Assembly: GCA_036172245.1 (NCBI GenBank)
Contig: JAYWIR010000037.1
Coordinates: 1,860,001-1,924,000, forward strand
Reading direction: 5' to 3'
From: Raillietiella orientalis
Lineage: Eukaryota
Length of the DNA: 64,000 nt
This document shows positions 1-13,690 of this stretch, piece after piece (the first letter of the stretch is position 1; the number at the start of each line of letters is the position of its first letter). The translations under genes were made by a program, and so were the position numbers. The notes beneath the pieces are model-generated. The model had not been told where the DNA came from and ran no database searches. It was given only the letters and a program-made list of their open reading frames with translations.

Positions 1-2670
1 ATATATCACCTTTAGTTCGAGTCAAATGATGACCATGACCAGACTCTCCTATCATCAGTTACCGAAACATCAGCAAATTGTCATACGGGAAGGAAGCACT
101 TTTCGTAGAGCAAACCCGCAGAACGGGGCCTGCCCTGCGAAAAGGCCAGCAGATGCACTCCAGAGGGCAGCCGAAGACTTTGGTTTGATTGGCATTAAAT
201 AAAAGTGCTGGAAGTGAAGGATCATTACATTTCTAAAAGATTTCTGATTTCCCACCGCGGAAGCTTGATTCCGTTCCTTATTTCTTGGATAGAAGCACAG
301 CATGACCATGAGGAGAACGGGAGTTACACTCACGTGCAAACAGGGTTGTACGTAGATGCAGAAGAATGCCATCAGAAGGGGAGAATCACATGCATCGACT
401 CGCCAACTCTGAATCACACACAATGCACTTTGAAGACGCTGCTTCGTGTTGATGTGTTACGTACGCATCGATGCGTCCCATAACGTTGGTGCTTCTTCAA
501 CATCAAGATACACAGTGTAGATGAATGAAGCATCTGGATTCAGGACAAGAATCAATTGGGAAGCTGTTGATGGAAAACTTGTCTGTTGACCATAGGATGA
601 ATCAGCAGCTGAGGGTGGAAATTTCGAGGACCAAATCTAATGGAATGGTGGTGATTGCATGGGAAATTAGTTGGGTATTCCGAAAGGTTGTCAAGAAGGA
701 GAGCGATTAGCAACTTCGCATCCAAAGAAGCGGAAACAGCCTGAGAAATCATCTGTTTAGAGCACCCGATGCCAAGAATGTTAATTTTCCTTACATGTGA
801 ACTCTATTTTCAGGGGGTAAAAGGAAGCCATTTTCTAGAAAGCTAAAAGTTTATCTGTGGGTCCATTTGTGAAGATATCCCTCTGGTCCTCATTTGACAA
901 CATACAAGGAAGAAAAAGGCTTCATCTTTTCTCTAAAAAGGAAAAACAGCGGAGCAAAGCGAGTTTTTAGATGATGAGGAAGGTCTTTGTCTTTGCTGCT
1001 GCCTTATACGCAATCCCACTTCTTACTGGCCACGAAACTCTCCTTGTAATTTGAGAGCTCTGGATATGATCCTCACATCAAGCTCTACACGAGCAGGAAC
1101 GAAGAAAAAACAAAGCTGCAAAGAAAAGCTAGGCAGACATGTCACAACAAATTTTCTTCTAAAGAACGAACAAGCAGTAATCAAGGCGCGAAGAAATCTC
1201 AGAATTCAGCTCATTTTGATTCCAAAATGTTCCCAGGAGAACATCAATCAAATACAAGTAAATGTGGAACTCTCCTCGTGGCTTGCGGATCGGTCTGTAC
1301 GGAGTTGTAAGCTCATAGCCTCAGCGAAATCCCCACCAACTTCACTTTCCTGGGAGTCACCACGCAGCAGTTCACACAGAACTGTGGCGAAGGCATTTGC
1401 GGAATCGAAGAAGGCTATCTAGATGTCCTGAGGGCACTTCCTGACGTTATCTAACCTCATTTACATAAAACATTTCTGCTCCAGGGCTCCATCAAATTGA
1501 AGAAATGCATTTTGCTGTGGACAGATGATTATCCCATTGATCTACTCTCGAAGCCTCCCAGAGGAACACTTGTACATAGATGATATACACAGATACCTAC
1601 GGAAACTGGCCTCCATCCAGTCATTCACTCGATGCAGAAGATTATTTTGGAGAGAGAATAGTTCTGGAACTTTTGCCGTTCCGGAATATCCCTTGTCTGA
1701 AAGTAGGCACTCAAAACAGAGGAAAAGAATCTCCTCCGAATCCAATCTTTCGTATGGGACTCCATCAACTCCAAGGTAAAAGTTCTCTGCGAGGAAAGCT
1801 GCGACGATCTCGTTCTCCTTAAAGAATTTGAGATCGATAGGGGAGACGAGATCACTTCCTCAAGCAGCTGAGTATCGATATGTGATGTGGATCCGGATGC
1901 CCACTCACATCCTCTCTTCCATTTCCGGTACGAAAGTGTGTGCTCTTTAACTTGAGCTGTGTCAACACTTCACTCTTTGAAGAGCAAATGCTGGGATTTC
2001 TTGCTGTTTCTCACGTTTGTGCCCTTTATGCCCACGCAACGATTTTCCATCATCAGTGTCTTATCACTTTTTGCTGCTGTAAAGATGAAAGTGAAGGCAG
2101 ACTCAAAGAATGGATGCTTTGTGATCCAATGAAAAGAAAGATCTTGGGATGGACCTCGGTAAAGCGATGTGCTCGAGTGCGATTCAGGAGCACAAAAATC
2201 GAATCAGAACTTTAACAGCATATCCAGCGATGCCGACAGGAAAGCAACTTGTTCTCTTACAGCTTGCTGGAAGACTGAGCTACCATGAAGAAGACACTTG
2301 AAAATTAAGAATCACGTCGTTGCGAGTAAGCGGGGAATGAATCAAGTGCGTTGTGCTTACATGAAGAGCATCTTCATTATCTAAGAACATCGTTCCTTCT
2401 GTGCTGCAGGAAAGATACGAATATTCAGGGCATCAAAGAATGACATTTTCATGTCAGCATCTAATGCTTTTACCGACGGAAAGATGATTGGAGTTGTGAT
2501 AAAGGTGAGCATGTATGAGAGTAAATGTGTTCTGTGTTTCTTTATCAAATTCCAGCGCTTTAATCTTAGCTTTCCACGTGGATGATCCTACCTACTTCGC
2601 TAATTCTATCACTGGATCCATCGAGATAGCCAGTATGGGTCTGTTGGTAAATACGTATAATCATCGTCAA

Positions 2671-2880
2671 ACTCTTCACATTCTTCCGAGATTCCTCAAC
2701 TATCCATCTGGGGCGCTCGCTGTCGTTCATTCTGTTGCCTCCTCAGCATTTTGACCTTCATTTCGCAAGAGCTGACTGCTGGGCATTTCCGGCTGTATGT
2801 GATTGCCTCCCATAATGTGGGCTGCGTAGATGTCCCTGGAGTACTGGAGGCACGAAGCCACCATCCGATGCTTCATCTTC
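2671..2880 (-). mobile_element. Second 3'-terminal fragment of the same NeSL/Utopia-like family
   Basis: The minus strand reads KMKHRMVASCLQYSRDIYAAHI (cf. EMTRHWMVTSCIQYSRDIYAVHV near 32420-32490). The following ~130 nt align with 32511-32637, e.g. CGAGCGCCCC(A/G)GATGGA. Confidence 0.8.
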
Positions 2881-4703
2881 CCTTCCCTTTGCGTGGACAC
2901 CTCCGTGTTCCTACCACGCTGGAAACAGGATGTTCTGCTGTTTCTGCACTGAGGATTCCAGGACCATCAGCGCAGACACCTGCTTTTCAGGGGATTTGCT
3001 TCCCCGAACTGTTTAAGGTGTATGGCGATGGAATCGCTCCCTCACCTGCTGTTGAACTGCAGTGCCGTCGAGGACTAGTGGCAGAGACTCGCTTCGGCGT
3101 TCAGTGGACCACCGGACACTGCAACGGACTTGCTGTGGCGATTTTTCACGAAAAGCGGACTGAAAAAAGGCACTGTGATCGCAGCAATCTGTTGCATTCG
3201 CCCCATGGTGACAGTCCACCATGTGCTGGAATCAGGTTCGCGTCGAAGAGAGGCCACCAGCATGGCAGCAGCCCTCCTCATAAGGGCAGCAGCAAGGTGG
3301 CCTCATCTGCCAGAAGAAGTCGTAGGGAGATCGCTACTATTTACAGCCGCTTTTGAAAATGGAGGAATGTTACATACCAAAGGCCCCTGTCCCCAGTCTC
3401 CCGTCTTTTTTTATTTATTTACTGTGTTCTCCTTCCGTTCCCTAGTTTTTGAAAGCCGGCTTGCGCACAGGTGGCTATCCCGGGTGAACTTTTTTTTTGG
3501 AGTTTCGTGTTTCTGTGGGGATACTTTTCCCCTCCTCATTGTAGTTTATTTTGTTCGTGTTTCAAAATGAACGTCCCTGCGCAACCGGGTTTCAACATCT
3601 TCTCCGGGTGCTTCCCTTGACGCTCTCATCGTTAGCTCACTGGTAGCCCGGCAAAAAAGATTGCAGGGTTGCAGTCGGAAAAATGCTCCTCGTTAACCTA
3701 CAGTGCAAAAACCCCGAAAGGACCAAAAGAAATAGAGAAAGAGGTCCAGGTGAGTATGCTGATAATCATCGTCGAACTCATCTTCCAAAAATTTATGTTC
3801 TTCAGTGGAGTTCATCCTGAAACTGCTCTCACTGATATGAGTAAATTACAATGATTTATTCGCAGTTGCAGTCGAAATTTGTATCGTAAAAATGGCAGAA
3901 GCAGAGAGGCAAGCAGCAGTTAGCGTCTTTTGCGAGAAGTCTAGCTTGCATTTCGATACTGACAAAAGTTACCAAATAGGTCAGATGCACTTGTTGAATA
4001 GAAGAGCAGTGAAAGATAAGACTGCTCTCTGCTTTCGACGAGCGAGCTCCAGCAGAAGACCTTCATGGTTTAGATGCGATCAACCCAAACCTCCTTCAAC
4101 TTAGACTGAGCATTGACTCTGCTTTTCTAGAAGGCAGCAAACTAGCTGCAGTGGAGGACGGTCTTCTTTGAAAACTGCAGCCTCCATATGGACCAGATAG
4201 CAAATTCTCCCGTAGAAACGCGTCTCGTGCCCACTGGTGCGTCCCGAATCGCTTTCAGGATGCACTTATGCACTTCGTTAGACGAAAGAGCATTGAGGAC
4301 TTCTTCAGGAAGGTGCCTGTGATTTTCTGCAAATGTTCGTCATGAGAAAACACTTTTTGTGCGGCCTCTGCAGAGAGAGAAATTGGGAAGGATGAGGAAA
4401 GCATGAACATGAATTTCGGAAAGCCTGATTCCTGAAAGAATTTACGGAACTGTAGCCCTGAAGCTCAATTTGAACGAATGGTTTCTTGAGGTTCCGGAGT
4501 GCATTGGGTATGTGGAATGCATGCATCTCCAATCCTTGTAACTGCAACTTTCTGAAAGGAGAAAAGAAGAGAGAAAGCATTCAAACAAGAGAAGAGAGAT
4601 GAATTTTTACTCCTGAAAACGCGAGCAGATGCAGAGCAGGAGGCTGCAAGAACGAGAGGTAGACGGTTTGGAAGAATTTTTTGCGAATGATCGAGCACAG
4701 GTG

Positions 4704-4740
4704 ATCGCTTCTCGGCCTTTTGGCTAAGATCAAAGTGGAG
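4704..4740 (+). pseudogene. U2: U2 snRNA 5' fragment (nt 1-37), 3'-truncated
   Basis: ATCGCTTCTCGGCCTTTTGGCTAAGATCAAAGTGGAG matches the conserved 5' end of metazoan U2 snRNA from nt 1, with one change (GTGTAG->GTGGAG). The expected TATCTGTTCTT does not follow. Confidence 0.9.
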
Positions 4741-7700
4741 ACCATTTTCGTGGTGGAGGCCTCTTTGTTCTTTATTCCTTCTCGTGGCCAAGTCTTGCTT
4801 GCTTTCGGGACAACCGAAAAGATTCTCCACCGCACTGATACTAGCATTTTCGATTCCCTCAATCCGATGCGGTAATCCCGCAATATTCCTGAAGGCCTCT
4901 GCTCTCCGAAAACATTCATCTCTCAAACGATCGACATCTTCGCGGATCAAAGGAAAGGTCCCGCCTCCTGCGAGGTCGACGCTTATCGCGAGCAAGGCAT
5001 CTCGGGTAGCAGAGGTGGGGTGATGTTCTATTTTATCTGTGAAGAGCGCAGTGGAAAATCGACAATCAGGCAGCTCTTGCGCGCATGAACGATATCTGCT
5101 GTGATAAGCACAGAAGGAAGACAAAAGCGATTTCTGAAGACGTAAGCAAACTTCAGTGTACTTTCTCCTGGCTTCATCTACCCCAAAGGGTACAGGAAAC
5201 ATGCTTCGAGCATCGATCATTCCGGAAGTTTTATTGATAAAAGAGATTATCAGCTGCAATTGCAATGGATGAGGGGAGTTCTGTGATCAACAGACGGTTT
5301 CCTCGGCCTTAATGAATGAGACGCTCTCATCTTTCATCTTCATCATACGTTTAGGGAATCCCCCTTCCTCTGATAAGATGGGATTTTCAAGGAAGATGAA
5401 TCAGTCTCTCCGAGAAATTGCGCCAGAAGTAAATTCAATCGAACACCTGCCTACCCCTTCAAAGTCTCTAGAAAAGGAGAAATAGGGTACTTTATTGATT
5501 GCTTTTCACGACTCGCTCAAGGCACAGACATTAGTGTTTTCATTTTTCCGTGAACAATCAACACAAGGAAGGGCTCAACAGCAGCGGAAGAGATCAAATG
5601 TACCCACCTCACAAACACCTATTTGGACCAAGGTGGAAAAGACAAATGCAAGTACAAAGCTTGGAGTGCGGAGGAGACTCATGTAGCACTTGGAGGAAGG
5701 AAAAGATGCAGATGCCACGAACACTGGAAGGGCGAAAAGAACGAAGCAATGGCAACAGGAAAAACCAAAACCACTCGTGAGAGCACACTTCGTGTGGAAT
5801 ATGGGGGAATGCCCAGACTTGGAATTCAGCTGTGAAGGCACAGATGAAAGCAAAGAGAAGCATGTTTCCGTGAAATCTGGCTCTAGAAACAATTAAGATG
5901 TTGAACTCGGAGTTTCCAGAACTGCAGAAGTAAAATTGCGTTTTTTTCTCGGGCAAGTGGGGAAGGACTGCATGCTTGGCTCCCGATATGAGGGAAATAT
6001 AGCTCAGGCATTGGATTCTGAAAGTATGTTCATCGAGCGTGCGTGTGCGTTAGGATGTGTGCATATACGAGTACATGCATGATGGATTGCATGATGTAAT
6101 CACTCTTGGCACTTTCTTTTGAATCGATAGCAAATGAATGACTGCCACATGTACGGATTTCAGCTCTTGAATCTGGTTCATAACAAACATAAGGAAAAAA
6201 TAAATACACGGTGCATTTGGCTGCTCATGTGCTGGGACGGTTAGTACGTCTTCGATCGGATGATGAGGGTGGATCACTGTGACGCTAGTAAAGTAGGTAA
6301 GTCATAATAACAGTAACAGATTGAATTTCTCGATTTTATCTATCATATTCGGTCCGTGAAAGCAAAACATACATATAGCATGCTGAGGAGTTGCCATGGG
6401 CACCCTATATTCAGATGGATCGTTTGCAACAGTTCATGAAATAGGCTTCCTTTTAAATCATTTTTCGACTACTTGCTGCAAATCTCCACTCGACCTGCAG
6501 AATACCCGAATGGCTCGGAGTAAAGAACGCTCCTTTGCAATTTTTACCATCAACGTCAACATGAGATGCAGTCAAAACAGCAGAATTAAAAGGCCGAATT
6601 ACGAGAGACGCCTTAAAGCTAACCAGTAGATGTAAGGTTCCCTAGATAAAAAAAGGAACCGACGCCAAAGCATTTCTTTCTTTTTGAAGTCATTCATGCA
6701 CCCCTATCCAATGCCGCTTGCCAAGAAGCGTCTGAAAACAGAGAACAGAGTATGTCCACTGATGTTAGGTTGTATACAAAAGATTAGAGCGTTTAGTCTG
6801 TTGACCTGGAAAATGCATATTGTGAGTTGCAGTCGCTTCCATGGAGATTATAAAAGAAAAGAACATCGTACGATAAACGAAATTCTGAAAAGGTAAAAAT
6901 CTAGAAGCCATGCTTGCTGAATGGATGATTTAGCAAAGTCAGTCCCGAGTAGACAGTACCATATATAATGTTCTCATGAAGGAAAAATTTTGAGCACCAA
7001 GCTTGAATAATGGAGCTGATACTGCTCTCTTCGGCACAAGATTTCGTCTCGAGCACACTTTTTTCGATAAGGAATGAGGTGAAAATGGTAGAATCTCTAC
7101 CAGCATTCCTCGGTGCTGGAAGCACCACTCACTTCTAGAGACAGGATCCAGTGATGAATACAAGTAGAATTTGAACCGGAAGTCTTGTGGCTTCCTTAGA
7201 AATTTCGAGTTTCATTGGAATGTGCTCAACATCTAACGCTGCAAGCAAAGCAACGAGTTCGCTCGACCGAGGAAGTTTCCTCCAAATCAATGTGCAAAGA
7301 CGCTGCAAAAAGAGCATTGCTGCATTACAGCACGCCCATATTCAACATCTCTCGGCTTCCTAACCGTTCTCAATGCCTCGGTTTTGGCTGAAGTCCGTGC
7401 TTCGTTCGCTTTGAAGAAAGCTCTTCACCTGGGAAGGAATCCATACTGACCAAAGTCCATTTGTGACTCTTCCGAAAAACTCTTTAAGGTTTCTGGTTCC
7501 CTTTACACCTACATAAGTGTGAAGGAAGACGGGAGCTCATTATTTGAGATGGAAGTACTGAAGCACTGAAGTTCCAGTCTGAAAGCGCCAAGGATTCATT
7601 TATCAACAGGTTCTGCAATAGAGTAAAGCTAGCAAAGAATAAAATGAAAACTGGTAACTTCCGATGAAGTCTGGTCTTTTAGATATGAAGTCACTTGGAT

Positions 7701-9249
7701 TTTTTTCACTCATCTTGGGTTGTGTTCTCCCTTTTGAAATTTACTCATCACGAGGGAATAGCAGGTAAAAAGGAACGGTTAAAAGTAATGCGCAGAATGA
7801 ATACTTGGCGTTTGAATCCAGCAACCGTCTAGAATTCAAGAAAAATTTTCTGGTGAAAAATATAGGGTCTCGGAGATGAAAACAATCAGCCAAGGTTCCT
7901 TAGAAGACTAATCATCCTGAAGTGAATAGAATCTCCCTTCTCCGTAGTCTCAGAAGGATCAAAAAAAGATCTGTTGAGCTGTTGCTTTAGATGAAAACTT
8001 GTTGAAGTCTTCCGTCAGAAGTCCTTCTCAAGAAACCTTCAGCTGTCGTAAATGGAGTCATAGCTGGCGTATCAAAGGTTTTTTTCTTTTTTGCCTTGTT
8101 TTGAGGTCTTTAAGCTCATCCACCTTTATTCGCGGATCAGTTGAAATTGCTATTAATCAACGAACTACGCATCCCATGGTGAAAGCTCCGTTCACGAAAC
8201 TAACGTGAAGTTTTCACAAACTTAGTGTTTTTCTTTTCAATAGCCATTCCACGTGTCCTCAATCCAAGCTGAAATTTTGGCTTATTTGATGCCTTATTTA
8301 ATTCCTCCCCGTAAATATTTGAAAGTGACATTATTAGCATGGAGTTTCACTTATCTTTTTCGGTGAATATAGCATTTATCCACGGAATTCTTTAGTAAAA
8401 AGCGAAAACATTATGCATTAGAATGAGGACCAGAGTCAAACAGGTAGACACACCTACCCATACATGCAAATGAACACCTAACCCTGTACCAGAGGAAAGT
8501 ATTCATCAAGAAACTACGCTCTGATCCTCTGCAATTGCTTCCCCATCTCCATTTCATTGGCTTTCTGTGCATTCTGATTCTCTTGTCAGCCATTCGTCTT
8601 CTTCGCTCTTTCGTCTATGAATAGTCTTAAGCTCAAGTATGAATAAAAGAACTCTCCTTTAAAATTGAAATTCGTTTCTTCCATTTTCCTTCCTTTCTTT
8701 CTCCATATTCGAGGAAGAGCGTTTATTTCTTGTATTTTGCGCCTCTAATGCTCGAATAGAGCCCACCGGTCGTCACGTTTCTCTCTTGATACCTCTTGTC
8801 GAAGCTGGGAGCCGTGGATTCGAACAGAAAAACTTTAGACTATGATGACTGTATCAAGATCGTTCAGGTGGGAGTGTTTAGAAAGGAAACAAAACATTGA
8901 CTACCCGTGTGAGATAGCAATCAATGTGGTCGCTCAGCAGCGCAGATGGGCGCGACTTCTTGATGAACGGGACAAACCGGTTGAATGGTTCCATCCGTTC
9001 TTACATGGAACCTTATGTCAAATGGAAGTTCATTTATCTTCCGTATAGTTGATACAGCTTCTAAATTACGGAGCTCCTCAACGGCTTTGATTGTGTTTTA
9101 GAGAATCGCTTTGGTTCGCTTATTATGAGACCACATGAGGAAGTGCTAGTAAGCCCTTCTACGGACTCAGCCTCCCAAATGCGTGTTTGGAATCGAAGCA
9201 CGTCTTCTTGGTCATACAGAATCAATCTCAAATATGACGTTGAGCCATT

Positions 9250-9251
<2 letters not shown>

Positions 9252-9293
<42 letters not shown>
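9252..9293. repeat. (GT)21 microsatellite
   Basis: Direct reading. Confidence 0.97.
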
Positions 9294-9297
<4 letters not shown>

Positions 9298-10399
9298 CAT
9301 ACAGAAAAAGAAGAACAAGAGACAGCAACTTCATCCTTGTAAATAATTGCTTTCGACTTTTCGTTGCTCTTGTTGCTTTTACTTTTCTTTGTGCTCGAAG
9401 CAGTGTTGACACAGACTGCACTCATCCACTTGTATTGCCGATTGCAATCATGAGACTCCTTTCGAAAAGTTTCGGGTTCCTCCCGCTTTTCCCTCACCTG
9501 AGAGAATTCTCATTCCGATTTCTTTGCACTTCTTCCTTGTTGTAGGATGACGTGACGTGGTGTGATGCATGGTCTTCAGTTGTTTTTGATCGATCCACCT
9601 CACTATGCGCATGCTGAATCCAAGAACTCAGAAAGTGATTCGGGGTTATCAAAAGGTGACCTAAGCCACCGGGCATTTCTCAAAAATGTCCAGGCGACTC
9701 TGTCCCTCCCTTTCAGTTCTCCTTCCTCACCAAAAGAAACTGCATGATGCTTGCCACTTATTTTTTCTCCTTCTTGAATTTGCTTTGCAGGTGCACCACC
9801 TCTCGAAATGCTCACCAATGATTTCAGAAGGGGATTTTTCGGATCCGCATTCTGACTCTTGATGCGTTCGAAACAGCATCTCGCGACCATGGAGCGTGAT
9901 GCACGGAAGGAAGCAAAGTCGCAACAGGAATTTTTCCATCGGTTACCAGCAATTTCCGAAACATTTTGCAGTGATGAGCTCACATTGCCGGACTTCCGAA
10001 AGGCGGATCTGATTAGCATACTCAATTAACTTGCGGAGCCGACCTAAATTTGAGAGATCTAAATGAGAAAGGCACCCACATTAGAGCACCCGAACAGTTC
10101 GAGGGGTTCATTACGATTCTTGCTAGCTTCGCAACACTCTTGGCAGCTTTAAGGAAACTTGTAATCTCCCTTGCCGTATCTTAAGCCCTGCGATCTCGCA
10201 TTTTTTTCAGGTAAAACTTGAACAAAAAATGCCCCAAGACTGACTCGACTTCTGAAAAGGGCTTTACTTTTCACGTTTGCATTTCTGGACTGTAGAGGAG
10301 TCTCCTTCTACTGCTGCACTTTCATGGAAAGACAATGCACAAGTTTCGGGAAGAGCACTTTCAGATGCTGAGAAAAATTCTGATATATCTCAGCATCGA

Positions 10400-11070
10400 T
10401 GCGAAAATGAACTCGTAAATGATGGATGGCCTGAAACCAACTTGTGGCGCTATTCGCTCCCCCAGCAGATCCTGGAGCATGTTCGCGTGCGACGCAGGTC
10501 GAACGTCCAGGAACGAGCAAGACAGCAAGGTGAAAATCAGGCGCTGAATCTCCTCCATCCGGTGATTTTGGGGTTCCCGAAAGGGAACCCCAAAATCACC
10601 GAAAGAAAATCAGGTTCCAGACTCTGCACTGGGCACAGTCGGTGAGCGAAGAAACAAAACCTTCACTGGCGTCGGTTTCTGTCTCCGCTTCTCCCTATCC
10701 TTTTGCTCCGTGGCGTTTGAAAAGATGATGCAGATTGAGGGAGGTGGAAGAGAGTTGCTACCAATATTGCCTTCTTGCTTTCCCGTCCTTCCCTACAATC
10801 CAAAGGAAATCGATGAAGGCGTGTATGCAGTGCAACTGCAGGACGGTGCAACAACAGGCGTTTCAGCCAGGAATGCCAGACTCCGCTTCGTGATGGACCG
10901 CTTTCAAGCAGTTTGCTTTAGCAGAAATGAAGCGTGAGACGTTACTCTGACGTTATTCTAGAGTGGGGAGATGCACAACGACCGTGGCGCATCGCTCAGA
11001 TGGGTAGGGTTAGTGTGTTTGAGAAGCACGAGAGCCAATGGCATCGGGTCCATAATCTAGTTTACCCTGT
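10400..11070 (+). mobile_element. Highly degenerate Ty3/gypsy-like pol (integrase region) remnant
   Basis: Collinear fragments VNDGWPE, broken LHxGH, FEKMM, ATTGVS..RLRFVMD and WHRVHNL resemble gypsy integrase-region motifs; many frameshifts. Confidence 0.33.
10560..10601. repeat. Perfect 19-bp inverted repeat with GAAA loop
   Basis: CGGTGATTTTGGGGTTCCC-GAAA-GGGAACCCCAAAATCACCG. Confidence 0.95.
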
Positions 11071-13399
11071 CAACATTTCGATGTCAGGCAACCCGCCTCG
11101 AGTAAACATAAACATCATCGGATCACGTGCTTGAAAATGGCTCGTTCCTCGAAGAAATTTCCAGAAAAGAAAGCGAGGAAGTCCGAAGAATAACGCCGGC
11201 ACAAATCTGCTGTAAACTCTTAAATCTTGTTGCCAGCACTGCAGTTTCGGGATGAATTGACCCCGCCCTGTGCCTTCCGTATTCCGGAACACATCACGAG
11301 CAGATATTCGTGCAGCTTCTCTGAAGCGATCCGATCAATGAAAGAAGTTCTTGCAGCTCCAAAGGGGAAGGAAGGGGGACCTCAGAATTGTTTCAATGTG
11401 AAAAACAATGTACTTTGGAGCAGAAGAGAGGAGGAACAGATCATCGAATTGAGGAAAGAAGGGGGTGCTTCTTGAACAGCGTGTAAGAATAGTTGAGAAA
11501 CAAGCAGCTGTAACACAAAAGACATCAAGTGCATGTCCCAACCCAGCTGTAAAGAAGAGCTTCCTCAAATGAAAGCTCGGTAAAAGCCGAAAGTCTGAAT
11601 GGCAAGTTCCAAAAGTGCAGACTAGAGCAAAAAATCAATCGTAACCATAGCAAGTTCCTTGGCAGAGCAAACAAGCGATCGACAACTTGTGTTTTCACCT
11701 GTGTTGTCTGAGCAACACCTCATTTGCTGGGTTTGCAAGTTATCGATTTGTTGAGATGGTACTTTGGGGACGAATCCCGTGATTCCATAATACATTAGAG
11801 ACAGCTTAAGAATACTCCTCCAACTGCCCATGGAAAGAAGCAGATATTCAAAAAACATAGAAATACAATGTAAATCTGTACGCAGCAAGCACTCTGGGTG
11901 TGAATTTCGCCTGCCATTTTGGATTACCCCTTCCATAACTTTGTACTGCCTAGTTCGCTTTAAATAAAGGTGAAGTGACCATCGCACCAAGTGCCACCTG
12001 CAGGACAGCCACAGAGAGGTCATGGAAAACCATCGAATGTCTGGAAACGCCATTTTCAGAAATTCAACTACTCATAAATGAAATTCTTTCAAGCCATCTA
12101 AAACGTGGTTTTTCTTGCTCTCCCTGTGCAATCTGTTTTTTTCTGTACATCGTGGCAGCATTAATATGAAAAAGCAAAGGTTCATCGATTTCTCGAGAAT
12201 GGCAGACGTTTGATAAGAAAAGAAAACGTTTCGAACATTGATCACAAGTTCGTAAGTCATGAGCTCTCCTTTTCGCCGGTCCAGAAGCGCTGCACCACGT
12301 ATAGAGGTCGAAAAGCTCAGATAAACATGGTTCCTCTATCAGATACTTTATGAAAAATCAACTGGAAAATGGAAACTCTTCGAGAATAATTTTCGAGTCC
12401 CTCGTTTTTCAGAATCATTGTCTTTGCTCAGTCACTGAAGGCATGGAAAAGGTGTAAGCAAGCATCTGGTTGATGCCAAAGTAACCAATACAGAGAGATA
12501 GATGAAGTGGAAGAAGAAAAAACTAGAGCGGAAATGGATACAACTGCAAATATAACCTTCCTGTATTCAAAAATTTTGCGTGCTAAGCTCGGAAAAATGC
12601 ACGGAACTATTATCTTACTGTTTTAAAATTCCGTTTAAAACAGCCAACTATCGAGAATGGTTCTTTCTAGCATAACAGAAGCCAACCTTTTCTCGGCTGG
12701 AGGTCTTCCTGAGTAAATGCTCATTACATGCGCATAACCTTCTTTCTATGGGGTTATTAACATATTGGAATGAGAATCGATAAGCTCTCAGTTTGAAAAA
12801 ATGAATGGTGAAGGAAACACACTTTGGTGAAGCTGCTTTTTCATGATTTTTTTTTTTTTTTTTTTAGATTTACAAAGCTCGATGAGGATGGGTGAATTTG
12901 ACGATCTGTGTCCATCATCACCTTAGAAGCTGCAGGCAATCTGGTGCTTATGTAATCCTGGTGCCATGTTATGAGGAGGTTAAGCTTCTGCCTTCAGCGG
13001 ATGATGATGATCTGAAGCCTTTTGAATTCTTGGAAAGATTATGTTTTGGACCAAAACTCGGTGCGCACGTTTTCCCGCACACTGAATCACATCTGTGAAC
13101 AAACAAACCATGATCAGGTGTGTGAATTTTAATTCATCCAACTCTAGGACTCAAACGGCTGATTTGCATTTGATGGGAGTTCCAAAGATCACTAGATTAA
13201 AAACTAACCGGCAATCCGAATGATACGTAGCTATCATTAGCATTAGCCCTGTCGATTAATTACGTTCATCAGGGGCCGGTTTATGACAGTCATTAAATTC
13301 AGTGCAAGGTATTAAAGCAAAAGCTTTCGACTGGACAGCTCAGTCAGCACAAAGATGAACGGGTACTTTGGAAAGTGGGGAAACTACGATAGAGTGGTT

Positions 13400-13690
13400 A
13401 GCCATCGGCTACATAGAAATGAATCGATACAATAGGATGACCTTTGGCCTGGATGTGGCAAGCAATTTTATTTATGTTGAAATCCAACGATAGGACTTGT
13501 CCTGTCAAATTTATGCTCAGAATCCAGAACCAATAAAGAGGAATTGAGAATGTAGTGGCTGCTGTAAGGTGTATCACAAGTCTGATCTGATTCTTCGGGA
13601 TATCCTCTGTCCATGTTTTGATAAAAAACCTTATACGGCCAAACAAACGATAAACTTTCCATCTGCTCAGTGAGAAATGTGCTCAAACCA
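13400..13690 (-). mobile_element. Possible pogo-like DDE transposase remnant
   Basis: LTGQVLSLDFNINK resembles LTxxLQPLDVxxNK; SLLVLDS appears in an adjacent frame. Confidence 0.27.

Noticed and set aside
1482..1600. QGS and LYIDDI resembling reverse transcriptase motifs
   Set aside because: The two motifs are in different frames and the rest of the RT context is missing; insufficient without a search.
4465..5265. Longest ORF in the track (266 aa, minus strand)
   Set aside because: No recognisable motif or splice context, and it reads through the antisense of the U2 fragment, so it is probably a chance open frame.
9061..9545. ORFs with HTHT/VCVC runs (also at 60260-61158)
   Set aside because: These are translations of GT/CA microsatellites.
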